Positions 31,109-39,990 of a DNA stretch of 64,000 nt are shown here, one piece after another. Position 1 is the stretch's first letter, and each line of letters begins with the position of its first letter. Position numbers and translations under genes: made by a program. The DNA is taken from the NCBI GenBank assembly GCA_951812395.1, contig CATOSD010000001.1, forward strand, positions 1,211,108 through 1,275,107. The letters are read 5' to 3'. A model generated the notes under the pieces. That model did not search any database. It saw nothing but the letters and a program-made list of their open reading frames with translations, and was not told where the DNA came from. This DNA comes from an uncultured Dehalococcoidia bacterium (GTDB lineage: Bacteria > Chloroflexota > Dehalococcoidia > Lucifugimonadales > CATOSD01).

Positions 31109-33166
31109 TTGTGGAGGCCGGCCTTGATAATTCTCTACCTCGCAATCGCTGCGGGAGTTGTCGCGCTGATTTTCGCGCTGCTGCTGACCCTCAACATCCT
31201 TCGCCAGGACGAGGGTGACGAGACGGTGCGGTTCATAGGCAAGGCCATACAGGACGGGGCGAGAGCCTTTCTGACGCGCGAGTACACCGTGCTGGCCGTG
31301 TTCGTGGTCATCGTATTCGTCATACTCGCCGCATTTATAGACTACGACGTGCTCGGCCGGGAGGACGGCGGAGGCGTTTCAGGCCTTCCTTCCACTGCGA
31401 TCGCGTACCTTGCGGGCGCCTTCGGCTCTGCACTGGCCGGATACATCGGCATGAGCATCGCGGTGAGAGCTAACACGCGCACCACTGTAAAGGCGATGAT
31501 CGGCCTCAATCCCGCGCTGAGGGTCGCCTTCAACAGCGGCTCGGTGATGGGCATATCGGTCGTGGGCATCGGCCTTATTGGCATCGCCGCCGCGTACTGG
31601 ATATTCCAGGACGCCAACATAATCGCAGGCTTCGGCTTCGGCGCGTCGTCCATCGCGCTTTTCGCCAGGGTGGGCGGCGGAATCTACACCAAGGCCGCGG
31701 ACGTTGGCGCCGACCTGGTGGGCAAGATCGAGCAGGGCATTCCCGAGGACGATCCGCGCAACCCCGCGACCGTCGCCGACAACGTGGGCGACAACGTGGG
31801 CGACGTTGCCGGCATGGGAGCCGACCTGTTCGAGTCCTACGTCGGCTCTATCATCGCGACCATCACCCTTGCCGCCGTGGGGGCGGTCGCGCTCGGCATG
31901 GCCGAGCCGTCGGGCTTCGACTCGGACCTGTTCCTGCTGCCGTTGCTCATCGCCGCCATCGGCATATTCGCCTCCATAATCGGCACCTTCCTGGTGCGCA
32001 CCGGCGAGGGTGCGAGCATGGGCCGGCTGCTGTGGGCGCTTCGCACCGGCATATTCACGTCTGGGGCGCTCGTGCTGGTGGGCACCGCGATAGCGCTGAC
32101 CATGCTGGACATGAGCTTCGACCTGTTCTGGGTCGTTCTGGTCGGTTTGGTGGCGGGCCAGATAATCGGCACCGCCTCCGAAACCTTTACCTCATACGAA
32201 TTCGGCTTCACCCGCGACATTGCCAAGCAGTCCGAAACCGGTCCTGCCACCGTCATCATCGCCGGCCTCGGCTTGGGTATGCTGAGCACCGTGGCGCCCG
32301 GCTTGGTCGTGGTTGTGGCGATGTGGCTCTCCTACGAGTTGGCCGACACCTACGGGGTGGCGCTCGCCGCCGTCGGTATGCTCTCCACGCTCGGCATCAC
32401 CCTTGCGACCGACGCCTACGGCCCGGTCGCCGACAACGCGGGCGGAATCGCGGAGCAGGCGGGGCTCGATCCCGAGGTGCGCGAGCGCACAGACGCGCTG
32501 GACTCGCTCGGCAACACGACGGCGGCCACGGGCAAGGGTTTCGCCATCGGCTCGGCGGTGCTCACCGCCCTCGCGCTGATGGCAGCCTACTCGCAGGTGA
32601 CCGGCATTGACTCGTTCGACCTGCTGGACATCAAAGTGCTGATGGGACTTATCGTCGGAGCGATGCTGCCGTTCCTGTTCGCCGCGCTCACCATGCAGGC
32701 CGTGGGCCGCGCTGCGAACGCGATGGTGCAGGAGGTACGCCGCCAGTTCCGCGAGATAGCCGGGCTTATGGAGGGCACCGCAAACGCGGACTACGCGCGA
32801 GCGGTGGACATCAGCACCAGGGGCGCGATGAGGGAGATGGTGCTGCCGGGGCTCCTGGCGATAATCGCCCCCGTCGTGGTGGGCTTGATCCTGGGCGCGG
32901 CGGCGTTGGGCGGAATGCTCATAGGAGCCATCGCCACGGGCTTCCTGCTCGCTATCATGATGGCCAACGCGGGCGGCGCGTGGGACAACGCCAAGAAGTA
33001 CATCGAGGCCGGCAACCTGGGAGGCAAGGGCTCCGACGCCCACGCGGCCGCGGTGGTCGGCGACACGGTGGGCGATCCGTTCAAGGACACCTCCGGACCT
33101 GCCCTCAACATTCTAATCAAGCTCATGTCCATAGTCGCGCTGGTGTTCGCACCGCTTTTCCTCTAG
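31109..33166 (+). CDS. hppA: membrane-bound proton/sodium-translocating pyrophosphatase
   Basis: 685 aa, GTG start. Motifs: GGGIYTKAADVGADLVGK, DNVGDNVGD, GDTVGDPFKDTSGP. Confidence 0.95.
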   Translation: MWRPALIILYLAIAAGVVALIFALLLTLNILRQDEGDETVRFIGKAIQDGARAFLTREYTVLAVFVVIVFVILAAFIDYDVLGREDGGGVSGLPSTAIAYLAGAFGSALAGYIGMSIAVRANTRTTVKAMIGLNPALRVAFNSGSVMGISVVGIGLIGIAAAYWIFQDANIIAGFGFGASSIALFARVGGGIYTKAADVGADLVGKIEQGIPEDDPRNPATVADNVGDNVGDVAGMGADLFESYVGSIIATITLAAVGAVALGMAEPSGFDSDLFLLPLLIAAIGIFASIIGTFLVRTGEGASMGRLLWALRTGIFTSGALVLVGTAIALTMLDMSFDLFWVVLVGLVAGQIIGTASETFTSYEFGFTRDIAKQSETGPATVIIAGLGLGMLSTVAPGLVVVVAMWLSYELADTYGVALAAVGMLSTLGITLATDAYGPVADNAGGIAEQAGLDPEVRERTDALDSLGNTTAATGKGFAIGSAVLTALALMAAYSQVTGIDSFDLLDIKVLMGLIVGAMLPFLFAALTMQAVGRAANAMVQEVRRQFREIAGLMEGTANADYARAVDISTRGAMREMVLPGLLAIIAPVVVGLILGAAALGGMLIGAIATGFLLAIMMANAGGAWDNAKKYIEAGNLGGKGSDAHAAAVVGDTVGDPFKDTSGPALNILIKLMSIVALVFAPLFL

Positions 33167-33218
33167 AGGCTCGCCGGCATCCGATGCCGGCGTCCGGACG
33201 GAGGCGAATGCGCCGTCA

Positions 33219-33304
33219 AGCCCAGGTGGCGGAATGGAAGACGCGGCGGACTTAAAATCCGCTTCCCTAACAGGAGTGGGGGTTCGAATCCCTTCCTGGG
33301 CACC
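33219..33304 (+). tRNA. tRNA-Leu (anticodon TAA), CCA encoded
   Basis: GCCCAGGTGGCGGAATGGAAGACGC, anticodon arm GCGGA-CTTAAAA-TCCGC, long variable arm, T-arm GGGGGTTCGAATCCC, then CCTGGGCACCA. Confidence 0.9.
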
Positions 33305-33311
33305 AACTCGA

Positions 33312-33354
33312 AAAGACGAAACGCCCCGCGCCAAACAGCCGGGGCGTTTCGTCT
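33312..33354. terminator. bidirectional hairpin terminator between tRNA-Leu/hppA and dnaN
   Basis: 15-bp perfect stem aagacgaaacgcccc / ggggcgtttcgtctt with a 13-nt loop, flanked by aaa on one side and t/c-rich (tcttct) sequence on the other. Confidence 0.7.
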
Positions 33355-33389
33355 TCTGCAGGCTGGTAAGGAAGGTCAGGACAGGCCCG

Positions 33390-34547
33390 CTACCACTGTA
33401 CGAACATCGGCATGACCACGTGCACGTAGTCGTCCGTGGACTCCGCCCCGTCCTTGTGGAGCACGGGGCGTATCACGCCGGGACTGGAGGGGGTCGTAGT
33501 CTCCAGGGCCACCTTGCCTTCCTCCAAGACGTCCAGAACGTCGACCAGGTACTTGCTGTTGAAGGCAATCTTGGCCTCGTCACCCTCGACCTGGCCGTCG
33601 ATCTCGCCCTGGTTTTCTCCGAGCTCCTCTGCCCTGGACGAGATGGAGATGCGCCCCATGTCCGAGTCTTCGGACGGCTCGGAGATCTGCAGCCTCACGA
33701 TCCCGCTTCCGTCCCTGGCGAATATGGACGTAGACTTGGTGGCCTGCGAGAACTGGTTCAGGTCCACGACCACGCGCGTGCCCCAGGTCTCGGGGATGAG
33801 CTGACCGTAGTTAGGGAAGGTGCCCTGGATGAGCTGCGAGGTCAGCTCCACATTCTCAAACTTGAACAGCGCCTGGCTCCTCGCCGTGGTGACGGTGAAC
33901 TCGACCTGTTCCTGCTGGCTGCCGATAAGCCGGCTGACTTCCTGCATCGCTCTGCTCGGTATTATGAAGTCGAGCTCGCCGTCCAGCGGTTCTGCTAGCT
34001 TACCCTTGTACACGGCGAGCCGGAATCCGTCCGCCGCGGCGAAAGTGAAGCCGTCCCCTGCGGCCTCGACCTTGATTCCCGTCAGCACGGGGCGGGAGTC
34101 TTCCGTAGCCGCGGCGAACTCCACGTGGCTGATGGCCTTTCTCAACACGTCCGCCTCAATCCTGCACACCACGCCGTCCTCTACGGAGGGTATGGGCGGG
34201 AAATCCTCGGCGTCCGTACCGTTGATGTTGGCCTCGAATCGCGCACACCGGAAGCTCAGCCCCTTCGGCTGCTCCATCGCGTCCACGTCCACACGCTCGT
34301 TGGGAAGCGAGTTGACGAAGTCGGTCAGGAGGCGGGCGGGAATGGTGATGGCCCCTTCGTCCTCAACCTGGGCGCCAACCCACGTGCTGATGGCGATCTG
34401 CAGGTTCGTTGCAGAGAGCTTAAGCCTCGACCTGTCGGTGGACAGCAACACGTGTTGGGTGATCGGCAAGGTGGTGCGGGTGGCCACTGCTCTGCCCACG
34501 ACGCCAAGCCCCCGGCTGAGATTCTCTTGAAGGCACGTAAGCCTCAT
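33390..34547 (-). CDS. dnaN: DNA polymerase III beta sliding clamp
   Basis: 385 aa. MRLTCLQENLSRGLGVVGRAV..R.TLPI..HVLL and the three-domain length are typical. Confidence 0.95.
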   Translation of the reverse strand: MRLTCLQENLSRGLGVVGRAVATRTTLPITQHVLLSTDRSRLKLSATNLQIAISTWVGAQVEDEGAITIPARLLTDFVNSLPNERVDVDAMEQPKGLSFRCARFEANINGTDAEDFPPIPSVEDGVVCRIEADVLRKAISHVEFAAATEDSRPVLTGIKVEAAGDGFTFAAADGFRLAVYKGKLAEPLDGELDFIIPSRAMQEVSRLIGSQQEQVEFTVTTARSQALFKFENVELTSQLIQGTFPNYGQLIPETWGTRVVVDLNQFSQATKSTSIFARDGSGIVRLQISEPSEDSDMGRISISSRAEELGENQGEIDGQVEGDEAKIAFNSKYLVDVLDVLEEGKVALETTTPSSPGVIRPVLHKDGAESTDDYVHVVMPMFVQW

Positions 34548-34747
34548 TCCTCGAAACCTCCGTTTGAGTGCGAAACAGTATAGTTTTGCACCACCGTACA
34601 GTCAACAAGCCGGTCAATAGGGAAGATGTGTCAAGTTACTAGGTGCGCGAGAAATCTCCTTCCCGTGCGAGCCGGAATCCGGGAGGGCCAGGGCCTCCCT
34701 GTGTTGTACGCCTGGTAGTCTGAGGCAGGCCAACTCTCAATCCCCCA

Positions 34748-34776
34748 TTGACACTCCAGCACATGCGTGCTGCTCT
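34748..34776 (+). promoter_or_regulatory. promoter-like module TTGACA-N17-TGCTCT with GCAC-ATGC-GTGC palindrome
   Basis: Same -35, 5 nt, 12-nt palindrome, hexamer geometry as at 28358. The -10 is poor. Confidence 0.35.
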
Positions 34777-35143
34777 TCTCCACATGCCAGCCACAACCAC
34801 CGTATCCGCCGCCCGTTTCCTCCGGGCCGTCGCCGCGTCGCTCGCCCGAACTACCCGACTTTCGACCAAGGGAGTCCCGTCTAACACCAACTCCAAAACC
34901 TCTCATGACCGCCTTGTACGCTCTCAAATTGCTCTCAACCGGGCGTCCCAAGCGATGAGTCTCAAGTACGAATCCTGCAAAACGAACCGAAGTTAGACAC
35001 CTTTACCGAAAATTCCCATTCGGCAGCCGTCATCTCCTGCCGATAAACGCGTGTGATTGAGCGGCTATCCCCGGCGGCGCCCGTTGACCCAAGTCATCCG
35101 CCTACCCTACCATCGACTCACGTTTGGGACGAGGAGGCAACGG

Positions 35144-36037
35144 TTGAAAGATGGCGATTCCCTACCGGACGACGTGCCGGACAACATCAAAGAGTTCATT
35201 CGCCGAATTAGCAGGGGCGACTTCCCGGACGAACTGCCGGCGAATCTATCTGACTATTTCTCCTCGATCGCCATGCTCAGTTCTTCGGGCATGGGTGCGC
35301 CGCCGGCCATGTCGCGCGAACCCGATGGCGTTGAGTTGCTGAAAGGCGTCGCCCCCGCCGAATGGGTAGCCGAACGGCTCTGGAGAAGCGCACCGCATAA
35401 GGGACTATTGGTGGGGTCGTTAATCCCGGAGGGATTCGAAGCCTACGCGCGCATATTCCACCCGGCCAGTTACCAGTCGGACGACAGGGAGTGGCACAGG
35501 GTGAGTTGGGCCACCGTGGCGGATTGGTACGGCAAGGTCGTCCATCCCCAAATGACCTTTCCCCGACTGGTAAACCTGGACTGGCTCGAACATCCCTCGT
35601 GGGGTTCGCTCCCAGAGATGGGCACTCTGCCCGAAGTGGAATGTAAGCCCCTGCTGGACGTTCTCAGGGAGTTCACCACCACGCCCGAAAGTTGCTACTT
35701 CGCCGTCTGGGAAGGCTATGGCGGTTTCGACGAACGCGTTGGCAAGGGAGTGGCCAAGCTGGCGTCCCCGTTTCTCGACAGGAAATACTATATCTTCCAC
35801 GGCCCCTTGGACAGCGTCATGTCGTTCTGCCAGTGGGAATTCTTCCTCCAGGCTCCCAACATCTGGTGGCCGGAAGACCGCGCCTGGTGCGTGGCCACCG
35901 AGATAGACGACCTCGAAACCTTCGTCGGCGGCAGCGCGGCCTGCATAGAGCGCGTGCTCGCCCACCCGGAACTGGAGGCGTTGCCAATCGCCCTCGACGC
36001 GCGCGTGGACGCCTTCGGGGATACGGTTAACGGGTAG
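35144..36037 (+). CDS. hypothetical protein
   Basis: TTG start 6 nt after GAGGAGG. The ORF is open from 35057. Conserved-looking C-terminal block APNIWWPEDRAWCVATEIDDLETFVGGS. I cannot name a family with confidence. Confidence 0.6.
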   Translation: MKDGDSLPDDVPDNIKEFIRRISRGDFPDELPANLSDYFSSIAMLSSSGMGAPPAMSREPDGVELLKGVAPAEWVAERLWRSAPHKGLLVGSLIPEGFEAYARIFHPASYQSDDREWHRVSWATVADWYGKVVHPQMTFPRLVNLDWLEHPSWGSLPEMGTLPEVECKPLLDVLREFTTTPESCYFAVWEGYGGFDERVGKGVAKLASPFLDRKYYIFHGPLDSVMSFCQWEFFLQAPNIWWPEDRAWCVATEIDDLETFVGGSAACIERVLAHPELEALPIALDARVDAFGDTVNG

Positions 36038-36059
36038 GGCAGGGCGAGCAAACGCCCAA

Positions 36060-36077
36060 GGCGGCTCGCGAGCCGCC
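36060..36077. terminator. perfect 18-nt palindrome ggcggctcg/cgagccgcc between convergent genes
   Basis: Seen directly. No clear U-tract. Confidence 0.45.
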
Positions 36078-36100
36078 GATGCACGGGAACTGCGGGTCCC

Positions 36101-37960
36101 TCAGCCCTCCCTGCCGATGGGCAGCACCACGCACGAGGCGCGCTCCGCGTCGTGGTAGATGGTCTGGTGCGCCACCACGCTGCGCTGCTCCACGCCCAGC
36201 GGGCCGCCCGTGTTAGGGTTCGCGTCGAAGCGTGGCCAGTTGCTGCTGCTCACGTCCAGGCGTATGCGGTGCCCCGCCTTGAACACATTGGACGTGGGAT
36301 AAAGCTGGAAGACAAGCTCGTAAGCCTCGCCAGGCTCCATAAGCTCCGGCGTCTCCCAGCCGTTGCGGTAGCGCGCGCGGATGATCGAGTCCGTCAGGTT
36401 GATCGCCAACCCGTCGGGGTGATCGGAGCCGGGCGGATAGACGTCCAGCAGCTTGGCGGTGAAGTCGGTGTCCGGCGCGGATGACGACGCCCACAGCCGC
36501 ACCTCGATAGGCCCGGTGACCTCCACCGGGCGCTCAAGCGGCTCCGTCTGGAACGTCAACACATCCTGGCGGGCATTCAGCGGCAGCGTGTCGTCGCAAC
36601 CGAAGAAGTCCGCGCGGCCCCGCTGGTCGAAAGCCCCCGCCTTCATGATCGTTTCGGCAGCCGAGATGCCGCCGCCGATCGTGGGTACAGGGTTGGCCGG
36701 GTCGAACGTGTAGCGGCTCGGGGCGACCTCCACGTCCTCAGGACTGGCCGGCGAAAGCGTCCCGCCGGCCCTCAGGTAGTAAGGCGTGAAGCTTGTGTCG
36801 GGCACCGGCCAGTCGGCCTCGTCGCGCCAGTAGCCGCCGTGGTTAATCAGGCCCGCGTATTCTTCATTCGCGCCGGGCGACCCGAGGATGTCCCGCGCGC
36901 CGTCGCCGGTGCCCATCGTGAATATTCGCACCGGGGCCCAGTCCGCCGCGGAGGACCGAAGCCCCTTGAGGTGGTGGTCGTAAAACGCAAGCCGCAGGTC
37001 GTTGTAGTGGATCTGCGCGTCCGGCCCGAAATCCAGGTCCCCGGAGTGGGTGACCTCGTACTGGCCGTGCGTCCACGGCCCCATCAGCAGATGATGGGAC
37101 GAATTCTTCATCTTGCTCAGCGCGGCGTAGCTCGCGCAGGTGTTTCGGGCGTAAGAGTCGTACCAGCCGCCCAGGTAGAGTGTGGGCACGTCGGCGTGCT
37201 CTTCGTAGTACTCATCCGGCGCGTAGCCCCGCTCCCGCCAGTAGTCGGAGTACTCGCCGTGCGTCAGCAGGTCGATGGCCCAGCGCTCGTAGGACGGCAG
37301 CCGCCGCAGGATGGTCGTGCCCTCCTTCAGGGGGAAGCTCCTGACGTGGTCGGGAAGCCGCTGAGTGTACTCGCGGATGAGCGCCGCCTTGAGCGACGGG
37401 TCGGCGTCCGCCTCCCGGCTCGTGACAGCCATGCGGAAGGCGTAGATGAGAAAACGCTGCTCCAATGCGCCGTTCTGGCGCATGGAACTGTGGTAATAGT
37501 TGGACGCCCCCACTGCGACCACCATTGCAGACAGATGCGGCGGGTCGAGCGTCGCCAGCGCGGCCTGGTCGCTGCCTGCGTAGGAGTCGCCCATAGTGCC
37601 AATCTTACCGTCGCACCAGGGTTGGGACGCGATCCACTCCACTGCGTCGAAGCCGTCCGGGGCCTCTTTCGCGAAGGCGTAGAATTCGCCCTCCGAATCG
37701 AAGCGGCCCCGTACGTCCTGGATTACGCACACGTACCCGCGGCGTGCGAAATAGTGGCCCTTGTTGGCCTGGCGCGGCGCCGTCTTGCCGTAGGGCGTGC
37801 GCTCCAGCACGACCGGGAAGGCGCCTTCCGCCCTCTGTCCGCCAAGCGCCGGATAGTACACGTCCGCCGCCAGGGACACGCCGTCGCGAGTCCGCATCGT
37901 CACGTTGCGCTCGGCTATCGAGTCGTATTGCTGTATCGAGCCATCGTATGTAGTATTCAT
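36101..37960 (-). CDS. CocE/NonD family alpha/beta hydrolase (X-Pro dipeptidyl-peptidase S15-like)
   Basis: 619 aa. RDGV.LAADVYYP, PVVLERTPYGK, nucleophile elbow GDSYAG and the C-terminal beta-sandwich domain. Confidence 0.85.
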   Translation of the reverse strand: MNTTYDGSIQQYDSIAERNVTMRTRDGVSLAADVYYPALGGQRAEGAFPVVLERTPYGKTAPRQANKGHYFARRGYVCVIQDVRGRFDSEGEFYAFAKEAPDGFDAVEWIASQPWCDGKIGTMGDSYAGSDQAALATLDPPHLSAMVVAVGASNYYHSSMRQNGALEQRFLIYAFRMAVTSREADADPSLKAALIREYTQRLPDHVRSFPLKEGTTILRRLPSYERWAIDLLTHGEYSDYWRERGYAPDEYYEEHADVPTLYLGGWYDSYARNTCASYAALSKMKNSSHHLLMGPWTHGQYEVTHSGDLDFGPDAQIHYNDLRLAFYDHHLKGLRSSAADWAPVRIFTMGTGDGARDILGSPGANEEYAGLINHGGYWRDEADWPVPDTSFTPYYLRAGGTLSPASPEDVEVAPSRYTFDPANPVPTIGGGISAAETIMKAGAFDQRGRADFFGCDDTLPLNARQDVLTFQTEPLERPVEVTGPIEVRLWASSSAPDTDFTAKLLDVYPPGSDHPDGLAINLTDSIIRARYRNGWETPELMEPGEAYELVFQLYPTSNVFKAGHRIRLDVSSSNWPRFDANPNTGGPLGVEQRSVVAHQTIYHDAERASCVVLPIGREG

Positions 37961-38043
37961 GGGTGCAACTCTCCTAGTGCAGTGGACGGGTGAACCCCGT
38001 AGTCAGCGGTTCATGGCGCTGTGGTGCTGCAAATGTGGAGTGT

Positions 38044-38088
38044 AGTCCCTTCCCACTTGATGGGGGAAGGCTAGGTTGGGGGTGACGG
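38044..38088 (-). repeat. family-1 REP-like hairpin repeat (reverse orientation)
   Basis: agtcccttccc-acttgat-gggggaagg-ctaggttgggggtgacgg. Confidence 0.8.
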
Positions 38089-38183
38089 CCCCCTGTCCAA
38101 GACCACGTTTGTTCTTGACGCCAACCCCCTCTTGAACTCGCGTGCCAGATTGCGGCCAGCACACCCATCAGAACGGGTTGAAT

Positions 38184-38636
38184 TTACTGGTCCGGCTTCC
38201 TCCCGTACGTCCTGGCCGGCGTGCCGGGGTTGAGCGAGAAATGGGTGTGGGTCGCCAGCCACACGCCGACGCGACACTCCAGCGTGACGGTCGCCCTGCC
38301 CGGCCTGAAGAACGCCTCGCCGTCCTCGTGGAAGCCGGTGGACGTCCACGTGGCGACGCCCCAGGCATGGTTCGCGTCCCCGCCCGAACGCACGCTGTCG
38401 AGCTCTATCCGGAACTCCGCTATGTTCGGCCAGATGCCCTCCCATTGGTTGCGGCGCAGCGGGCCCAGCCCGGTTACGACGTCGGCCCTGGTGCCGAACG
38501 ACACGACGTCCGGCGCGAAGATCGCCTCCGCGGAGTCGTAATCCACGGCGGCGCAGCAGCGCCCCAGCTCGGCGAACCAGGCGCGCGCTGCGGCGGCGGG
38601 GTCGGTTGCTGTGATGGGGTGTCCGGCGTCGGACAT
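38184..38636 (-). CDS. SnoaL-like / NTF2-fold (DUF4440-like) protein
   Basis: 150 aa from ATG 38636, with GGAGG RBS. The pattern W...........D.......F..D....G......G.......W is typical of the NTF2-like fold. Low-specificity call. Confidence 0.6.
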   Translation of the reverse strand: MSDAGHPITATDPAAAARAWFAELGRCCAAVDYDSAEAIFAPDVVSFGTRADVVTGLGPLRRNQWEGIWPNIAEFRIELDSVRSGGDANHAWGVATWTSTGFHEDGEAFFRPGRATVTLECRVGVWLATHTHFSLNPGTPARTYGRKPDQ

Positions 38637-38767
38637 CGTCTGAGGCCTCCACTTGGCATGGGCGCAGCGGCATAGCCGGCCGCCGGCCACATGGTACACT
38701 ATTGCGCGTGACGCGGCCAACGGAGCCTCGCCAACAGGAGCCGCGACCCTTGCCCAACCTCGCCGAC

Positions 38768-39985
38768 ATGCTGAACACTGCGCTCTCTCCCGAGCAGGCG
38801 CAACTGCTGTCACACGTCGCCGTCGAGTCGGCGCGGCTGGGCGCTCGCGTGTACCTTGTGGGCGGCGCGATTCGGGACGCGCTGTTGGGCCGGCCGGTGG
38901 CGGATCTGGACGTCACGGCGTCCGGCGGCCCGCGCTTCGGGTTCGCGCTGGCGGACGCTCTAGGCGGCGAGGTCGTGTCGTCGTCAGAGTTCGGCACGCA
39001 CGAGCTTCGGGCGGACGGCGTCGCGTTCGACCTGGCGATGGCGCGCACCGAGAGCTACGCCGAGCCGGGCGCGCTGCCGAGCGTGAGGCCGGGTAGCATC
39101 CGCGAGGACCTGGCCAGGAGGGATTTTACTATCAACGCCATGGCCGTGGAGATACTCGCCGACTCGTGGGGAGACCTGCAGGACGAGTTCGGCGGCGTCG
39201 AGGACCTACGTCTCGGCCTAGTGCGCACGCTGCACGGCGGCAGCTTCCGCGACGACGCCACGCGCATAGTCCGAGCGGCTCGATACGCTGGCCGCTACGC
39301 CTTCCAGCTGGACGACGACACGGCGCGGCTGCTGGCGCGAGACCTGCGACACCTGGACGCCATATCGGGCGACCGGGTGCGCCATGAACTTGAGAAGGTA
39401 TTCGACGAGCCGCGCGCAGCCGCCATCCTGCGCCTGCTGCGAGACTGGGGCGCTCTGCGGGCCATCCACTCGTCGCTGCGCGCCGACGACGCCACGCTCG
39501 CGCTCATCGACGACCTGGCGAGCGAACCGGAGCGCGGCGGACGGGCCGTGACGCTGTCGCTGTTCGTGTCGTCGCTCCCCGCAGAGGCGGCGCCGGCGCT
39601 GGAACGCAGGCTGAACATGGGCGCGGACTGGGCGCGGGTGGTGCGCGACACCATTGCTTTGCGGGATGTGCCGGGCCGGCTGCGACGCCCCGGCCTGCTT
39701 CCCAGCGAGGCGGATGACCTGCTGCGCGACTACGATGAGCACACGCTACGCGCCGCCGCTCTTGCGGGCGAAGACATGGCTGCGGACTGGGTGCGCCGCT
39801 ACCTGAACGAGCTGCGCCACGTCCGCCCGCTGCTGGACGGCAACGACCTTCTGGTCCTTGGCGTAGAGAGAGGACCTTCAGTGGGCGAGTTGCTCCGAGA
39901 GCTCAGGCGCGCGCGGCAGGACGGCCACCTCCGCACCCGCGACGACGAGGTGGCTTACGTGCGGGGACGGCTGGGCGTGAACTAA
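38768..39985 (+). CDS. CCA-adding enzyme / poly(A) polymerase family nucleotidyltransferase
   Basis: YLVGGAIRDALLGRPVADLDV matches the GGxVRDxLLGxxxxDxD motif. Also ERD.TINAMA-like RRDFTINAMA. Confidence 0.85.
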   Translation: MLNTALSPEQAQLLSHVAVESARLGARVYLVGGAIRDALLGRPVADLDVTASGGPRFGFALADALGGEVVSSSEFGTHELRADGVAFDLAMARTESYAEPGALPSVRPGSIREDLARRDFTINAMAVEILADSWGDLQDEFGGVEDLRLGLVRTLHGGSFRDDATRIVRAARYAGRYAFQLDDDTARLLARDLRHLDAISGDRVRHELEKVFDEPRAAAILRLLRDWGALRAIHSSLRADDATLALIDDLASEPERGGRAVTLSLFVSSLPAEAAPALERRLNMGADWARVVRDTIALRDVPGRLRRPGLLPSEADDLLRDYDEHTLRAAALAGEDMAADWVRRYLNELRHVRPLLDGNDLLVLGVERGPSVGELLRELRRARQDGHLRTRDDEVAYVRGRLGVN

Positions 39986-39990
39986 CGCCC

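Noticed and set aside
34548-35143. Chromosomal origin (oriC) next to dnaN
   Set aside because: I found only one near-consensus DnaA box by eye, with no AT-rich unwinding element and no adjacent dnaA. Evidence is insufficient without GC-skew data.
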